A stretch of 64,000 bases of DNA from Nageia nagi. Its lineage: Eukaryota > Plantae > Pinophyta. Of this stretch, positions 13,813 to 27,314 are shown piece by piece. The notes beneath the pieces were generated by a model. It was not told the DNA's origin. It saw only the letters and a program-made list of their open reading frames with translations, and searched no databases. The stretch's first letter is position 1; the number at the start of each line of letters is the position of its first letter. The DNA lies in contig JBITNC010000002.1 in assembly GCA_050084985.1 (NCBI GenBank), positions 15,128,001-15,192,000 of the forward strand, written 5' to 3'. Both the position numbers and the translations under genes were made by a program.

Positions 13813-15041
13813 ATGGAAGAGGGTTCTTTGACATGGGAGAGAAAAATCAACAAAATGAGTAACTTGAAAACTCACCTTTTTAACAGCTCCAAAAATCCAT
13901 TTCGGATCACTATGGCTAACATTTTGCCAAGGAATACTCAAAAGCAATATGATTTTGATATTGATGCAATTATAAGAAATTTGCAAGTAAGCTATCAGAG
14001 TGGAGACGAAGGAGAATCAAGCCAAAAGGTGGAAAATGCATCCAAAGGGTCACCAATTGAGGAAATTGATACTTTTGGTTCCATGAAAATGGACAAAGTG
14101 ACCATCAATAGGTGTTATTCAAATGAAAGAAATGTTCAAGAAATCCCAAATGTAATGCTACAAATTGAGGAGTATAAGTTGAAAAATCTTGGTTGGTCTG
14201 GAAGGAAGCATGCCATTAATAATAATATGGATGCAATGGTGAATCAACGATATGAAAAGGAGCAGAAGATAAAGGAGTTGAAGAAGGAGCTTGCTGGAAA
14301 GAATAAGATGGTGAAAGAGATTGAAGCAACTAAAATGATTGTTAAGGATATCAAGTTACAAGCTTCATTAAACATTGATATAACAAAGCTAAAGAGGCCT
14401 TGACAAATGAAGTGATAAGTGTTGTAAACAAGCTTTCCCTCGAAATTACCAGTCTTCTAGAGGATCAGAAAGAAGAAGAAAAGGTGGAGAAAGGAATTTC
14501 GCAATTATTTGAAATGTTGAAGGGACATCAACAAACAATCAAGGCAATGCGAAGGAACTCAGTGGGTCAACCTAACAAGATAATATATTGTCGCAATTTT
14601 TCATATCGCTTTGGTTGGCTTAAGTATGCAAAAGGCGAATACCAAAGATTAATCAAGGAAAGAGCGGATTTGATGATGAGTCTTATATATCAGATGAGCT
14701 AGTACCTTCAGCCTAGTCAACTTATGGATGATGAGGGGAATGCAAGAAAAGTATAACTTGTTACCAATGAGGTTCAACACATGATTTGAAAGCATATCTT
14801 CACCAAAGATGTGAATCTTCTTAGGGCAGGACAACATATTGAGAACCAGCAATAGATAGTGATTTGGATGTTTCAAATGAAATGCACTTGTCAAATTGAG
14901 GAATTTCAATCCAAAGATGAAGACTTGCTTGGAGCACTTACTTTGGGATTGTTCAAGGCAAAGACTTTAACGAATGATGAATCACATGGGATACCGGAAG
15001 AAGTTTTCTTGGTTGCACATGATGCAAGTGCATATACATAG
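13813..15041 (+). pseudogene. Broken K/E-rich coiled-coil ORF chain, probably TE-derived, family unknown
   Basis: Abutting ORFs 13813-14403, 14400-14702 and 14859-15041 on one strand, antisense to the host gene inside intron 7; no domain recognised. Confidence 0.4.
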
Positions 15042-16049
15042 TTTTGGTTGAGATTTTACTAAGTTAGAGTGTTTTTGTTTCAAAAGACTATTTGATAACT
15101 TGAATTGGGAAGGATGAGTTTTTTGCTCCCACAGTTTCAAGTAATTTTGATGTAACTGTACTTTGGCAGTATTTTGTTGTCGTAGTTTTGTGTTTTGGCA
15201 GTATTTACTTTGATAGTATTAGGTTTTTTTGCCATTTTAGAGCAATATTGCATTCAATGTTTAAGGGCAACATTGCATTTAATGTTTAGGGCAACACTGC
15301 ATTTAATGAGGTTTAAGAATTTATGCCATAAGTATCCATATTGGATCATTTGTAGAGAAGATGATTTAGTTTGAATTTCTAACTATAGAATCACATCAAT
15401 ACTTTGTATCGTTCTATTGAAGAAGCATTGGAATTCAAGATAATGCAAGTGGAGCTTTTCCCTTTGCCGAGTTGTGGATGTGCTAAGTGAAATTGTTATA
15501 TGCTATTTTGTTAATGGTTTATATGCTTATGCTTATTTTCCTTCAAAACTTTGTGTTTAAGCAAAAATAATTGAATATCCATTTAAGTGTTTGAACTATT
15601 ACTTATGCAACTTGCATACAAGTGATTTTGTTTTGAGAATAATTTTTTTTCTATGTCATTTGGGTAAAAGCTTTCATTTGATTTCTATGATAACTTCATT
15701 TCGCTCCATCAACCGCATGGTCATCGCTTTTGGCTCTTACTTAGAGACTATTTGGACTTCAATCATTTGTCTCTTTGTTTGATAATTGAATGAAGCTTCA
15801 TAATAAATATAGAAAGTGAACTCCTGGACCCTGTACACTTGTGATAGGTTATCCTTGCAACCTTACTCTGAATTATCAATGTTATTCTCGTTTTTTACCT
15901 TCTTTTATGTTTCCTTTTTATTAAAAAGAATTCACAACTTTCCATCAACTGCATAATACACCTCCAAAATGCCCATTTAAAATGTGAGTTAACACCCAGC
16001 CTACCTCCTTTTATGAGTTATTCTAAGATTTGCTAGAAAACCAACTGCA

Positions 16050-18480
16050 TATCATCTGTTGAGAGTCACGGATGGCCCTTAAAGCTTCGAAGACAAGTAA
16101 ACCTTAGGGTTCAAGTCCTTTCAAGTGGGGTTAAGTTACACAACCTCACCTTGAGATAGTGTTAGTCCTTTCCCTGCCAATCTTAACGACATAAGGGAAA
16201 AGAAATCCTCACCAACAAAAACCAGCTTAACCCGAAGCCCTCTAATCACCACACTTCAAATGGTCTAATAACATCATGTCTAATACTATGGCATAAAACT
16301 TGGCAAATGTGTGCTCAATTATGATGGTCTTCTAATTGTTCACGCCAGAACAATCCCTTGCCTTGTGAATGGGATGGATGATGCGTTGTGACCAACAGGG
16401 AGGGAGGCTTGAACAAACAATCTCATTGCATAGCTTTGTAATGGGGGAGATAAGTGAGTCTACATCATATTTGAGGAACTTTTTTTGAATGGCTCTTTAA
16501 ATGTCTCCTAGACAAAATAACTAACAAGAAGGGGGAGGGGAAGAGACATGTAGAACCTGTTGATCCAGCATATCGTAAAGCGAACATGCATAGGAGACCC
16601 ATGTCTCAATATCAATGTTTGATGGAGGGGTTTCCTTAGGACGAGGGTTTGCCAAAAGACCTTAGGAGAGTGGTGAAGAGAGTCAAGGAGCTCACATCAT
16701 GTAGAGGTGAAAACTCCTTGTTTCTTCTATATAAGAAGACAATGGTAATCTCTTTATGTGGGCAATATGTATGAAGAGTCATGGGCTAAAGCAAATCAGA
16801 GTTTCTAGTGCATAGACTTACACTCCTCATCTTACCAACAATCCCTAAGATATAATCAATAAGCGTAAAATGGCATGGAGCAATGAGTCTTATACCAAAA
16901 AGAGTCAAGAACTGCCTCCTAGAGGGCATAAGACAATATTTTAGTAATGGTAGTAGAGAAAGGGGATTGACTTGTTATGTTTGTAAGAAGTTGGGAGAGA
17001 CAAATAATCGTTGGTATATTGAGCATCAAAAAAATAGTTGGAAAGCGAATACCAAGGCAGCCTGAGGCGGGGAAAGAAGGAGGTGGAGAGGCCATGTGAG
17101 AGCACAAGTTAAAGCCTCATGATCTATCAAGGGCAGTTTGTATGAGACATGAAGGTCATGGATGTGGGAAATCAAAGGTAAGTTTAATACTTGAAAACAC
17201 CTTCATTTGGTCAACCAAGGGCATGCCCAATATGGGGGAAGAATCACAAATCACTGCTCTATAGTTCCATATTACCACCCATTTTCTTTCTTTCTTGGCA
17301 ATCAAGACTAAGGTGCAAGCCTTGTGGAGCTCTTCCATTTGAAGCATTGTGAGATCTTCATCCAACTAATCTTTTTTGTGAGAGAGACAATAGTTTCTTT
17401 TTTGCTCTCAAGGCCAATAAATGGTCCCCTACTAATAGGAAATGGATAACAAGGGTGTCATCAAGAGTTGTCCACGATATTTCCAAGGAAATGTTTTTCA
17501 AGTCTAGAAAGATAGAAAATGTATTAATGTCCACAAGTGGACCAAGAGAAGTTAATGAGCCTAGAGAGTACACGAGTGATGAAGTAGCAAACGAGCCCCT
17601 AGGTGACCCTCCCTAAAATTAAATCAAACTAAAAGATATAATATAGGGTCAAAGCCCTAAAAGAGAACAAATAACCAAAAAGAAATACAATATAGTAGAG
17701 GTTGGTCATGAAAGGATAGTTGTGGGACTAAATAAGGAAGAGCATGGAGGCACTCTCAACTGTTGGGCCAAGATTGGATCCCTCTGGACTTTGAGGTTTG
17801 TGTCTGTGTCAACTCTGCTAGAGCTAAAGAAGAATGTGATCCAACGAGTACTCGATGTAATAAGGTCCTCATGTACTCACAATCTATTTTGTCGAATAGG
17901 TGGGAGAGGGTTGTCTCTCCGTTTTTAGGCCCCCTCCGAGGAGGAAGCTCAAAAAAATGATGTAATACAATAGTCTCTTGTCAAGTGTTGGGTGCAGGAT
18001 AGGAGGCACTTCTTGAGAAGGAACACCTCTCTAAGGTAAAGTGCCACACAAAGTTGGTTTCATAAAATATAGGGCATCTCAAAAGAGACTGTGGGCATCA
18101 TACAGAAAAAAGATAGAAATCGTGTTGTGGTCATCTCAAAAGAGACTGTGGTATTGTTCCTGAATCTCAAAATAAACCAAGCATCTAAAGATGAAATGGT
18201 CCTCAAACTCAAACTCTTGTGAGCACAATCAATAGACACGAAGCTCACGCACTAAATGTTGGTTAGTTTCAGTCTGCAACTAGTGCAAGCAAACTCGAAA
18301 CTGGCTAAGGAACATCCTCAATCAAAAAAGTATGACCAGCCTTTCAAGGAGTGTTGTTTTTAGGGAGGCCATGAACTCCAAGATTGAGTTCCTTATCATG
18401 GTGTACCTCTTCAAAAAATTTTACATTGCCATTTGAACAACAAGAGGCATCTTCTTACCTTTGACCACTTGCACCCACAA
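16050..18480 (-). pseudogene. LINE (probably RTE clade) relic, endonuclease to RT
   Basis: Minus strand IIHPIHKARD and TIIIEHTFAKFYAIVL (about 16280-16385) parallel IMIGHTMVKLFATIL at 11505; many stops. Confidence 0.65.
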
Positions 18481-19013
18481 ATTATGTTTTTCCACCAACG
18501 TTTGGATGGACTATTGTTGGGTGATTGTTTCTTTCTTAATATGTTCTTACTATGTAATAATCACTCATTGTTTATGAAATTGTAGGTTTGGGATTTCAGC
18601 AACAAGAAGGGTCTTGGATTGTTCAAGTTTTTCAATTATGACTTTCAACTTATGTTTTGACAATTTATTAGAGCAATATTTTCTAGCCTCCATTGTATAA
18701 GGTTGATGATTCTTTTAAAATATATATTTTAAATATAATAAAAACATATAATATGTAAATTTTATTATTAAAATAAAATTAGAATATATATTAATACTAC
18801 ATTATTTTTAAAATTGTCACTAATTTCTTTAATTTTGAATTAATTTTTCAAAAATACTTTTAAATTCATATACAATGATTAGTATATTTGCTTCTTTTAA
18901 CTCTTACTATATTCTAATTAATCTCTATATTATGATATTGTGTATTTATTCAATAACATTAGTTAAGCAATGAGGATATATCACTACCTAAGAGACATCA
19001 TTGGAAGATTTGA

Positions 19014-19595
19014 TGTAGGACCATAATCGAATTTTTATAGCAGGATAGAAGGTAAAGGTTTTGTGCATGTGTGAGGTGCAACAAAAGTATAAGTATGTTG
19101 GTGACATATAATGGGAATGTGACAATGAAGGAGGAATACGTGGACTGCTAACCAAATAAAAAAAAATTGGTAATAGAAAGAGGGACATAAGGAGTCAATT
19201 ATAGCTATTGAAGAGCTTGAATACAATTGACATATTGAACAAATCAGGAACTATAATAGGCGTTGCAAGTGTGGGAGGAGGCTCCCACACCAATAATGTG
19301 GTACACGACCTTAGGAATGTAGTAAGTAGCTAGTGAATTATAAGGTAGAAATATAACAAGTTCATCGAAGAGAGGAACACAAGCAAGTTTATGTAAGTAT
19401 GCATACTTAATAATATAATGAATTTCCTATAGAGGATACCATCATGAGTGTGAGAATTAATAAATTCATAAATTTGCCTATGCTCCAAGTCACATATGTA
19501 ATTAACAACAAGATTATATTCTACGAAAATAAATATAGGGGATAAAACATTAAATGTAGGCTTAAGCTAGGGAACAAACATGTCCATATCTTACA
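19014..19595 (+). mobile_element. Probable solo LTR, about 580 bp
   Basis: TGTAGGA...TCTTACA inverted termini; flanks TTTGA / (T)TTTGA, a near-TSD with 1-nt offset. Confidence 0.5.
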
Positions 19596-20886
19596 TTTTG
19601 AGAGATTGATGAAGAAAGATAGCACTCAAGAATAAAAAATAATTAGAAGTATAAGATAAGCCATGTGCTTGATGGTTCACATAGTCAATGATCAAGTAGT
19701 GGTATAGATAGTCCAAAAAATTTTAAATTTTATTTTTCATAAAATTATATAGGGATTAAGTTGACTTTTAGTACCTTACCTAACTAGAGTCCACTTGTGA
19801 TATGATTTGAGTCATTGAGAATATTATACATGTTAACAAGGATAATGAATCTTCTAATTATTGAAGTTGGAATTTCTTTAGTGACACTTATCTTGCTAGT
19901 ATAAATAATAGCTATCACTTACACAAAGGGAACATGGAAAATAGAGCGATAGTAATATAATTATAAACAAAGAGAGTGATATGAATAGCCATGTACAAAG
20001 GAGAGAGTATATTTAATAAGACATAGACATGTGGTAGTGACATAACCATGGGCAAAGGAAAAATGTTTCTTTTATTTACATGGTAGTGAATGGATGAACT
20101 AATAGCTAGATGATGTCATAAATAGGGATATACGTATGGAAATTGTAATTGATAGTTTGAAACGTAAATATGTATGTTTAAATATTTGAGCATAACTTTA
20201 TGTATTTTTCTCATAGATTATAATTATGGACTCGAACACCTTTTAATTGTAATAAGACTTTTGATCTTAAATCATAAATTATCAAAACTTAATGGTAAGT
20301 TATTTGAAGCATGGAAATGGGAAAGTGGTTACATTGTCATGTTACTAGGCAGATGACTAAGATAGATATTACTAAGTAAAGTACAAAAATATATATATTT
20401 TTGGAGGTGAAAGTGAATAAGAAGGGAAAGTTCATAGAAAAATACATAATACCAAGTTGATGAACTCAACAGAAAAAATTATATAAATATGAGTAATACT
20501 TGTTAAAAATCTAGTTCATTAAAGGGGGTGAGCTTCTATGAAAAATTGTCTTTCATTTAACCGCTGATGGAGAAGTGATAACAGTTCACTAAAACCATTT
20601 CCTATGTGCTCCAGTTTTGCAATGCAATTGCACATTCTACAATAGCTCAGTTATGTTTTGGGTCTGAATGATCAGGATATAATGGGGTTTGGCAACCCTT
20701 GGGAATAGGGTGTGTTCATGATGCCAACCTTGTTGATGTGGTTTGTGTGAATGTTGGGTGGAGTGAGTAGAAGTGTCATGCCAAGTAGATCTGTGACTAT
20801 CAATTTGTTGATGTCAAATGCTTGACTTCCCTGGTAGCAATAACAAGTTGGAAAAAAGCGGTGAGAGGTGCAGCAGTGGGGGTCCG

Positions 20887-21228
20887 ATGTACTAACCTAT
20901 GTCTGCGTATTACCATCCCCAATAAAGAGGGTCAAAAATCTTTGGTATAGTGAAGGAGTGGGAGGACAATGTACTAACCTATGTCTGAGTATTACCATCC
21001 CCAATAAAGAGGGTCAAAAATCTTTGGCATAGTGAAGGAGTGTGGGGACAATGTACTAACCTATGTCTGAGTATTACCATCCCCAATAAAGAGGGTCAAA
21101 AATCTGAGTATTACCATCCCCAATAAAGAGGGTCAAAAATCTTTGGCATAGTGAAGGAGTGAGGGACAATGTACTAACCTATGTCTGAGTATTACCATCC
21201 CCAATAAAGAGGAACAAAGATCTTTGGT
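20887..21228. repeat. 82-bp tandem repeat, about 3.7 copies plus an internal 37-bp duplication
   Basis: ATGTACTAACCTATGTCTG units start at 20887, 20969, 21051 and 21169. Confidence 0.95.
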
Positions 21229-22355
21229 CATGTTACCAAAAGAAGACCACAAGTGAGCTAGCAAAATCCCTAAAGAGTCAGTAGTACCTAGATAATCAGA
21301 CCTCTGTATGCAACTCTTTTGACAGTTCTTTGAGAAACTATCCATTGTTTCATTGCAAAGTTGAGCATTAAGTCCTCATTGTTACACTGCAGAAGTTATT
21401 TTTCTCAACTAGTACGATTTCTTACATATTAGTGTTGCACTGTAAAAGCACCCAAACCTGCTGGGTCTATATTAGCAGCAAGCTTACATTTGTTGATGCA
21501 AACTGTAAGGCTTGCAACTACCTCTAGGCATTGTTCCATTCCAGATCACCAAAGTATCTGATGGTTGCAAAGGAAGTTTCTCCAGATCGTCAATATCATT
21601 CAAACCGGCTCTCCTGTGTCAAGGGTCAATCTCTTGGCCAACTGCATTGATCATGGGGGAAATCAAAGTCTGGGTTTTGCCAATTGTTTGAGAGGCAGCT
21701 CTTCCTTTCTTTCACAATAATTTCTAGGTTTGTTGTTCTTCATAGAAGTGTCACAATTTGTAAGAGACTAATAGTAAGCCAGTTGATGATAATGCGTCAA
21801 GCCTTCATGCATACCACTTTTCTATAAAACATATTTTCTTGTGATCTCTAGATGAGATACAACATCAGATTTAACATCATATACCTTTGATTATTTGTGT
21901 TTGAGTTGCAGTAGATATTTCAACATTCCTCAGACAAGCTCCTAGGACCAAGTGCCCATTTTGCATGCACACCAAAAAGCCAAAAAATTATTTACATTGT
22001 GAAGCTCATTTAGGAACATTCATTAAGTGTTGTCCACAAAAAATGGCCCAAATGTTGGATTCCACATTTAACCCTTTTCTCTAAACTTGTAAACTGTATT
22101 TTTAATCTGGATGAAAGATATGCAATTGTGGTTCTACTGAATAACTCACAAGTCAGAGTATTTGCCATGCAACACCATAAGCGAGACAAGTCAATGTGTA
22201 GCTCAGCTTCCAAATCAATAATGTAAAAAAACCATACAATTGACATATAACACACATTTGTAGTATCCTAGAAATCTGGAGAATAACTTACAAATAAATT
22301 GGGATTTGAGGCCATGAAAGGCAAGTTTTTCTTTTGTTTTTAATGGCACAATACT

Positions 22356-23233
22356 TTCTAGAACTAACTTCCTATTAAGCAAAAACTGTTACTCCTGCCA
22401 TCCACAACTAGTTATTGCCAAGTAAGAGTATGACAGCTCTAGTACAAGTTTATGAGAAATGGACAGTTGAAGTGAATGATCATTATCATTATGTTCTCGT
22501 GTCCTTAATAGGATATATGGAAAGAAAACAGAATACCAATAGCACTCTCTCTCCTAATTCCTTTGCATATCAACATGGTCCAAACTTAAAAATATTTGGG
22601 AAACTACCATTTGTATTTAAGGTAATGTTATCAATTATCTAATCAGCAACTTCTCTTGGATGGGATGTAAAGCAAGGAATCTGTGGAGAGGTTCATATAC
22701 GAAACACACAAACACATCTCAATGATTCCACCATACTCCTTCAAGGTCTCAACAGATTACATTCTTTTTCAAAGAAAATACAAGCATTGGTTCTAGAACT
22801 AACTTCCTATTAAGCAAAAACTCTTAATCCTGCCATCCACAACTAGTCATTGCCAAGTAAGAGTATGACAACTCTAGTACAAGTTTATGAGAAATGGACA
22901 GTTGAAGTGAATGATCATTATCATTATGTTCTCATGTCCTTAATAGGATTCATTGAAAGAAAACAGAATAGCAATAGCACTCTCTCTCCTAATTCCTTTG
23001 CATGTCAACATGGTCCAAACTTAAAAATATTTGGGAAACTACCATTTGTATTTAAGGTAATGTTATCAATTATCTAATCAGCAACTTCTCTTGGATAGGC
23101 TGTAAAGTAAGGAATCTGTGGAGAAGTTCATATACGAAACACACAAACACATCTCAATGATTCCACCATACTCCTTCGAGGTCTCAACAGATTACATTCT
23201 TTTCCAAAGCGGATACGAGCATTGGTTCCAGAG
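22356..23233. repeat. 435-bp tandem duplication
   Basis: TTCTAGAACTAACTTCCTATTAAGC at 22356 and 22791; twin spurious ORFs at 22415 and 22850. Confidence 0.95.
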
Positions 23234-25219
23234 ATCAGAGAGACCTCAGCACAGCATCACCATTGAGAGCATCCTCACATTCTCCCTAGCTCAATTGATA
23301 TAGTTCCCTTTTTAGTATTATCACTTTTAAGGTTTCAACCCATTTTGTAGCTTTATATCTTTTGTCTCATGGTTGTTTTTAGCTTTAATGGGGATCAGCT
23401 TGGAATCCAAATTGCTACCACACCACTTATGTATAATCCAGTCTCGTTGACTGCTTTTGGTCACCAGTGGACATTTATATATTTCCTTTTTTCATTATAA
23501 CACTGTGGCCCCTAGTCTCCTGCCAAGTTGTAAGAGCTGTAGCAGACTATCTGTATTCTTAGGGTCTGATAATTTTAGTTGAATTTTTTTAATGGCACTA
23601 ATTAGCTGTGAACTTGAATGAACCATCTCCTTCTGTAATGGTCCAAATAGTGAGATGTTAAATTATTGTTATTCAATTTTGTACGAGCTCTCTAAATTCA
23701 TATGACCAATATTTCTAGATACCCAATTCTGAAGTATTGAGTGGCGAAATTTTGCATGAAATGTTCATGTTTTAAATGGAGAGAGATCACATCTGTCTCC
23801 ATATACAAGCCTTCAAAATGCATCATGACTATAGAAATGGATTCTTCATGCTTGTTGACAGGCCATTAAGACCAGTTGATAGTATTGGAAGGAATATGGG
23901 TATTCCTTTTCTTAATAAACGGTATTTCATATAATAAATTATTTTTTTATAATTATTTATCTTTAATTCCATAGTAGAACCAACAAGAAGAATTATATGA
24001 AAGCTTATTCTGAAAAAACCTGTGTAAAAATATTTGAACCAAAATTTCAGGTCACACCCTATAAATTACAATCCATCATGAGGGCATAAGGATGGATAGG
24101 ATTGCAAGATCCATCCTTCATGTTAATACAAGAAGAAAATTTTTATTGAATTTTCATGTATACTTCTATTTCAGAAGGAAGGCAATCATTCTAGAAGAGA
24201 AAAACATCAGATCCAATAGAAGGCAACAATAAAATCCTATTAGTTGAATCACAGATATTCTCATCTAAACCTGGACCTCCTCTATTTTTTGTTATTTATG
24301 TTTGGCTTCTATGCATGGAGAATCAACATAAAAACATGAACAGCACATAATGCAAGATAAGAGAAAGAAAGGCACACTCCATGTTGTTATGAGCTCAGGT
24401 TGACGGCCAAATGAATTTGCTAATATACCAAATCTTTATTTGAGCACTCCAATGAAAGATCTTATCATTTTCAACACCAAGCACGTAGATTCCTAATTTA
24501 GGGATCTGAATGTAATGTAGATCAACATCTAACAAATGAATCGCAAAGTCTATTTTTTATTGAGTTAAACAAATTAAATGCTGATTTGCAATATTTCTCA
24601 AAAAGCAATCAATTTAGTCTCATAAAGTACATTGGGTTACAGTCCAGAAGTACTTTTTATAGCACTCAAGTAACAATTATCCTCTATTATAGCATTATTA
24701 TAGCAAAAGGCAATCAGCTAATCAGTATCCTCCTTGGCCAAAAAGTTTGTATCAGAAATATGTTTGCTGAAATTTAAAATGTAGTTCTTTTGCTTGTGAT
24801 TTGTTGCAATTTCATGAAACTTCCCAACAACACAATTAATAAAAACATCGATCTAGCTAATAGTACAAACAATGTTGGAATTGGCAATACCTTAAACAAA
24901 GAAGTCTGAAACTTCTGTTGCTAGACAAACAAATTCAAAATATAAAAGTTCGTGGAAAAACATCCTAGGTCAAAATTCATTCTAGAACACATTTTAGTTT
25001 CAATTGCATCCAGAGAAGTAAAATAAGAAACATTTGGTAGATTTCAGCTTCAAGAGAATTTCAAATCCTTCCGTTAACAAACAAAACTGAAAAGCAATAA
25101 AAACTACCTGGACAAAATACTTTATAAACTACAAGCGCAACAGCCACTACTTAATTGATCTCAAAATCATTAAAAGTGAAATACAGATAGGCAAATTGAG
25201 AAAGAGAGAGACAGAGTAC

Positions 25220-25450
25220 CAAGAAGACTGTTTTTACTTTTTGCAAATACAAGTGCAACAGCATCATAGACTGCAGGGCTTTCTCCCTGTCCCTTAATTT
25301 TTTTCCGACGTTTTTTTGAAGTTGAGGTTTCTGTATACTGATTTTCATGAACAAATTCTGAATTTTCTCGGCTATTAAAGGAAAGGCAAGGTCCTTCGTT
25401 TTCTGCTGCCAGACCACCTATAATGACACTGTTCCCAAATAGAACTCCTT
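25220..25450 (-). CDS. F-box/FIST protein exon 7
   Basis: ttgttttcAG|...|GTactc. 231 nt (2+228+1), (E)GVLFGNSVIIGGLAA...KKRRKKIK...YDAVALVFAKSKNSLL; IIGG and AVAL are FIST-N-like. Confidence 0.9.
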
Positions 25451-25576
25451 CTGAAAACAAGATGGAGATAATGAATTCCCTTTTTTAATAAATGATTTGC
25501 AACACAAAACATTCACATTGAAATGAACATAACTTTAGGAAAATCTATATTACAAAATGTTATGTAAAGTTGATGT

Positions 25577-25810
25577 ATGCAAACTGACTATTAATCTGTG
25601 TTAATGCAGAACTCACTATTCCGATATTGTTTTCCAAAGAGTACATATACCTGACCAGAAAATCACAATTCATATTACAAACCAATGCAAACTGACTATT
25701 GATTTATGCTAATGCCGAAATGCAGAACTCACTATTCTGATATTGTATTCCAAAGAGTAAATATGCCTGACAGCAGAGTCAAAATTCATATTCCTAACCA
25801 ATGCACATGT
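25577..25810. repeat. About 110-bp imperfect tandem duplication near the exon 7 acceptor
   Basis: ATGCAAACTGACTATT...CAGAACTCACTATTC..TTCCAAAGAGTA occurs twice (25577, 25685). Confidence 0.85.
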
Positions 25811-27314
25811 TAATTTGACCAACATCCGAAAGCAGATTTTAAAACAATAAAAGAAAGTGATTTGGAAATGGGGATAGCTAGGTTCCAATGCCTATTGACT
25901 TGGTCAAGAGACAATAGGACTGAGCAAGAAACCAGGAGAGACAAAAAGAAACAAAATCAACATAAAAAAAATGCAACAAAAAACATAATATTTTTACAAC
26001 TTAGAGACATTACAGATGTATCTTTTTTATTCCTCTAGTCAAAAAATAACAGATAATGCATGAAAATGACAAGCATTAGAAAAATGAACAATTCAATCAA
26101 TTAACTAAGTTAGAAAGCTTGCTCCCTTACTCTGAGTCTCGCGAAGAAAAACTTTCGCTAATCAAAATAAGAGCATGCCTAGACACCATACAAGCGAAAA
26201 AAAACTTTCACTTATCAAAATAGTCATGAATGTCTAATTATTAATCCAATTGCCTGGACAAAGTGTCCAATTATTCGACATTCAATTTTCTCCGAGGTTT
26301 TAATTTTCAATTTGGCCTCCAAATTTTGGTACTAAAACCAACGAATTTCTTAAAATGATGACAACTGGACACAAAAAAATGAACTATTTAATAGATTGAC
26401 CAAGATGGAAAGATTTCCTCCTTACTCTCTTAGATAATCCTCCCATCATATGAGAACATGTTTGGACATCTTCAAACATGATAAGGAAATTTCTTGCTCG
26501 TAGTCATGAATGTCTTAAATATTTTATCCGATCACTTGAATATCCAATTTTTTGACACCCAGATTTCTCTCAAATAGACCGATTTCCAATTTGCCCTCCA
26601 AATGTTGGTACTAGACCCAAAGACTTTCTCCAAACACCAGCCCTTTTTTCTTCGTTTCTTTGTTCCTTCCACTTATTATTTACACTCAAACAAAAAAAGT
26701 CATTCTATTGAAAATTCTGTTGTGTCTATGAGTAAAATATGCAACTAATTATTTACTACAAATGATGTTAAAGTATCCAAACTATAAATTGTGATTGGTA
26801 GATACATAACATTAGGTTTAATACAAGTGAATAGATATGAATACCATGAAGGTACCACTATATTTCAATTGTGAATACCCTAGTTATAAGTTTTGGGTCT
26901 GATACACATTCTTAAGGTGTACAAGATTTTAGTCATGATGACTAGTGGATATCAACCATCCTACCCTTACACGTTTGGATGCTATTTATAACCATGTTTC
27001 ATATTTGTAGGATATGAATTTCATGGTCATGAATATATGTCAGTGCAATTGTCTTTAGAACCCATCTATCACAAGTAGAGACTATTTAAAATGATTTTAT
27101 TTAATTGTTTTATTTGATTTATGTAAATTGTTAAGTTTAATCCATTTTGGGTAAATCAAGGTTAATTTGAGAGATTTTTTGATAAGTGTAAAAGGCATCA
27201 CACTATATTTGCATTTTAACTATTTAAACGTTTTATTTGATTTATTTGAAATATAAATTTGAATACACTTTAGGAAAATCAAGGTTAAGTAATTTTCTCT
27301 CAATTGTCATTATT

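Noticed and set aside
20887-21228. CRISPR-like array
   Set aside because: Whole 82-bp units repeat; there are no unique spacers.
22415-23077. Twin 75-aa ORFs as a duplicated gene
   Set aside because: TTG starts and no motifs; a by-product of the 435-bp duplication.
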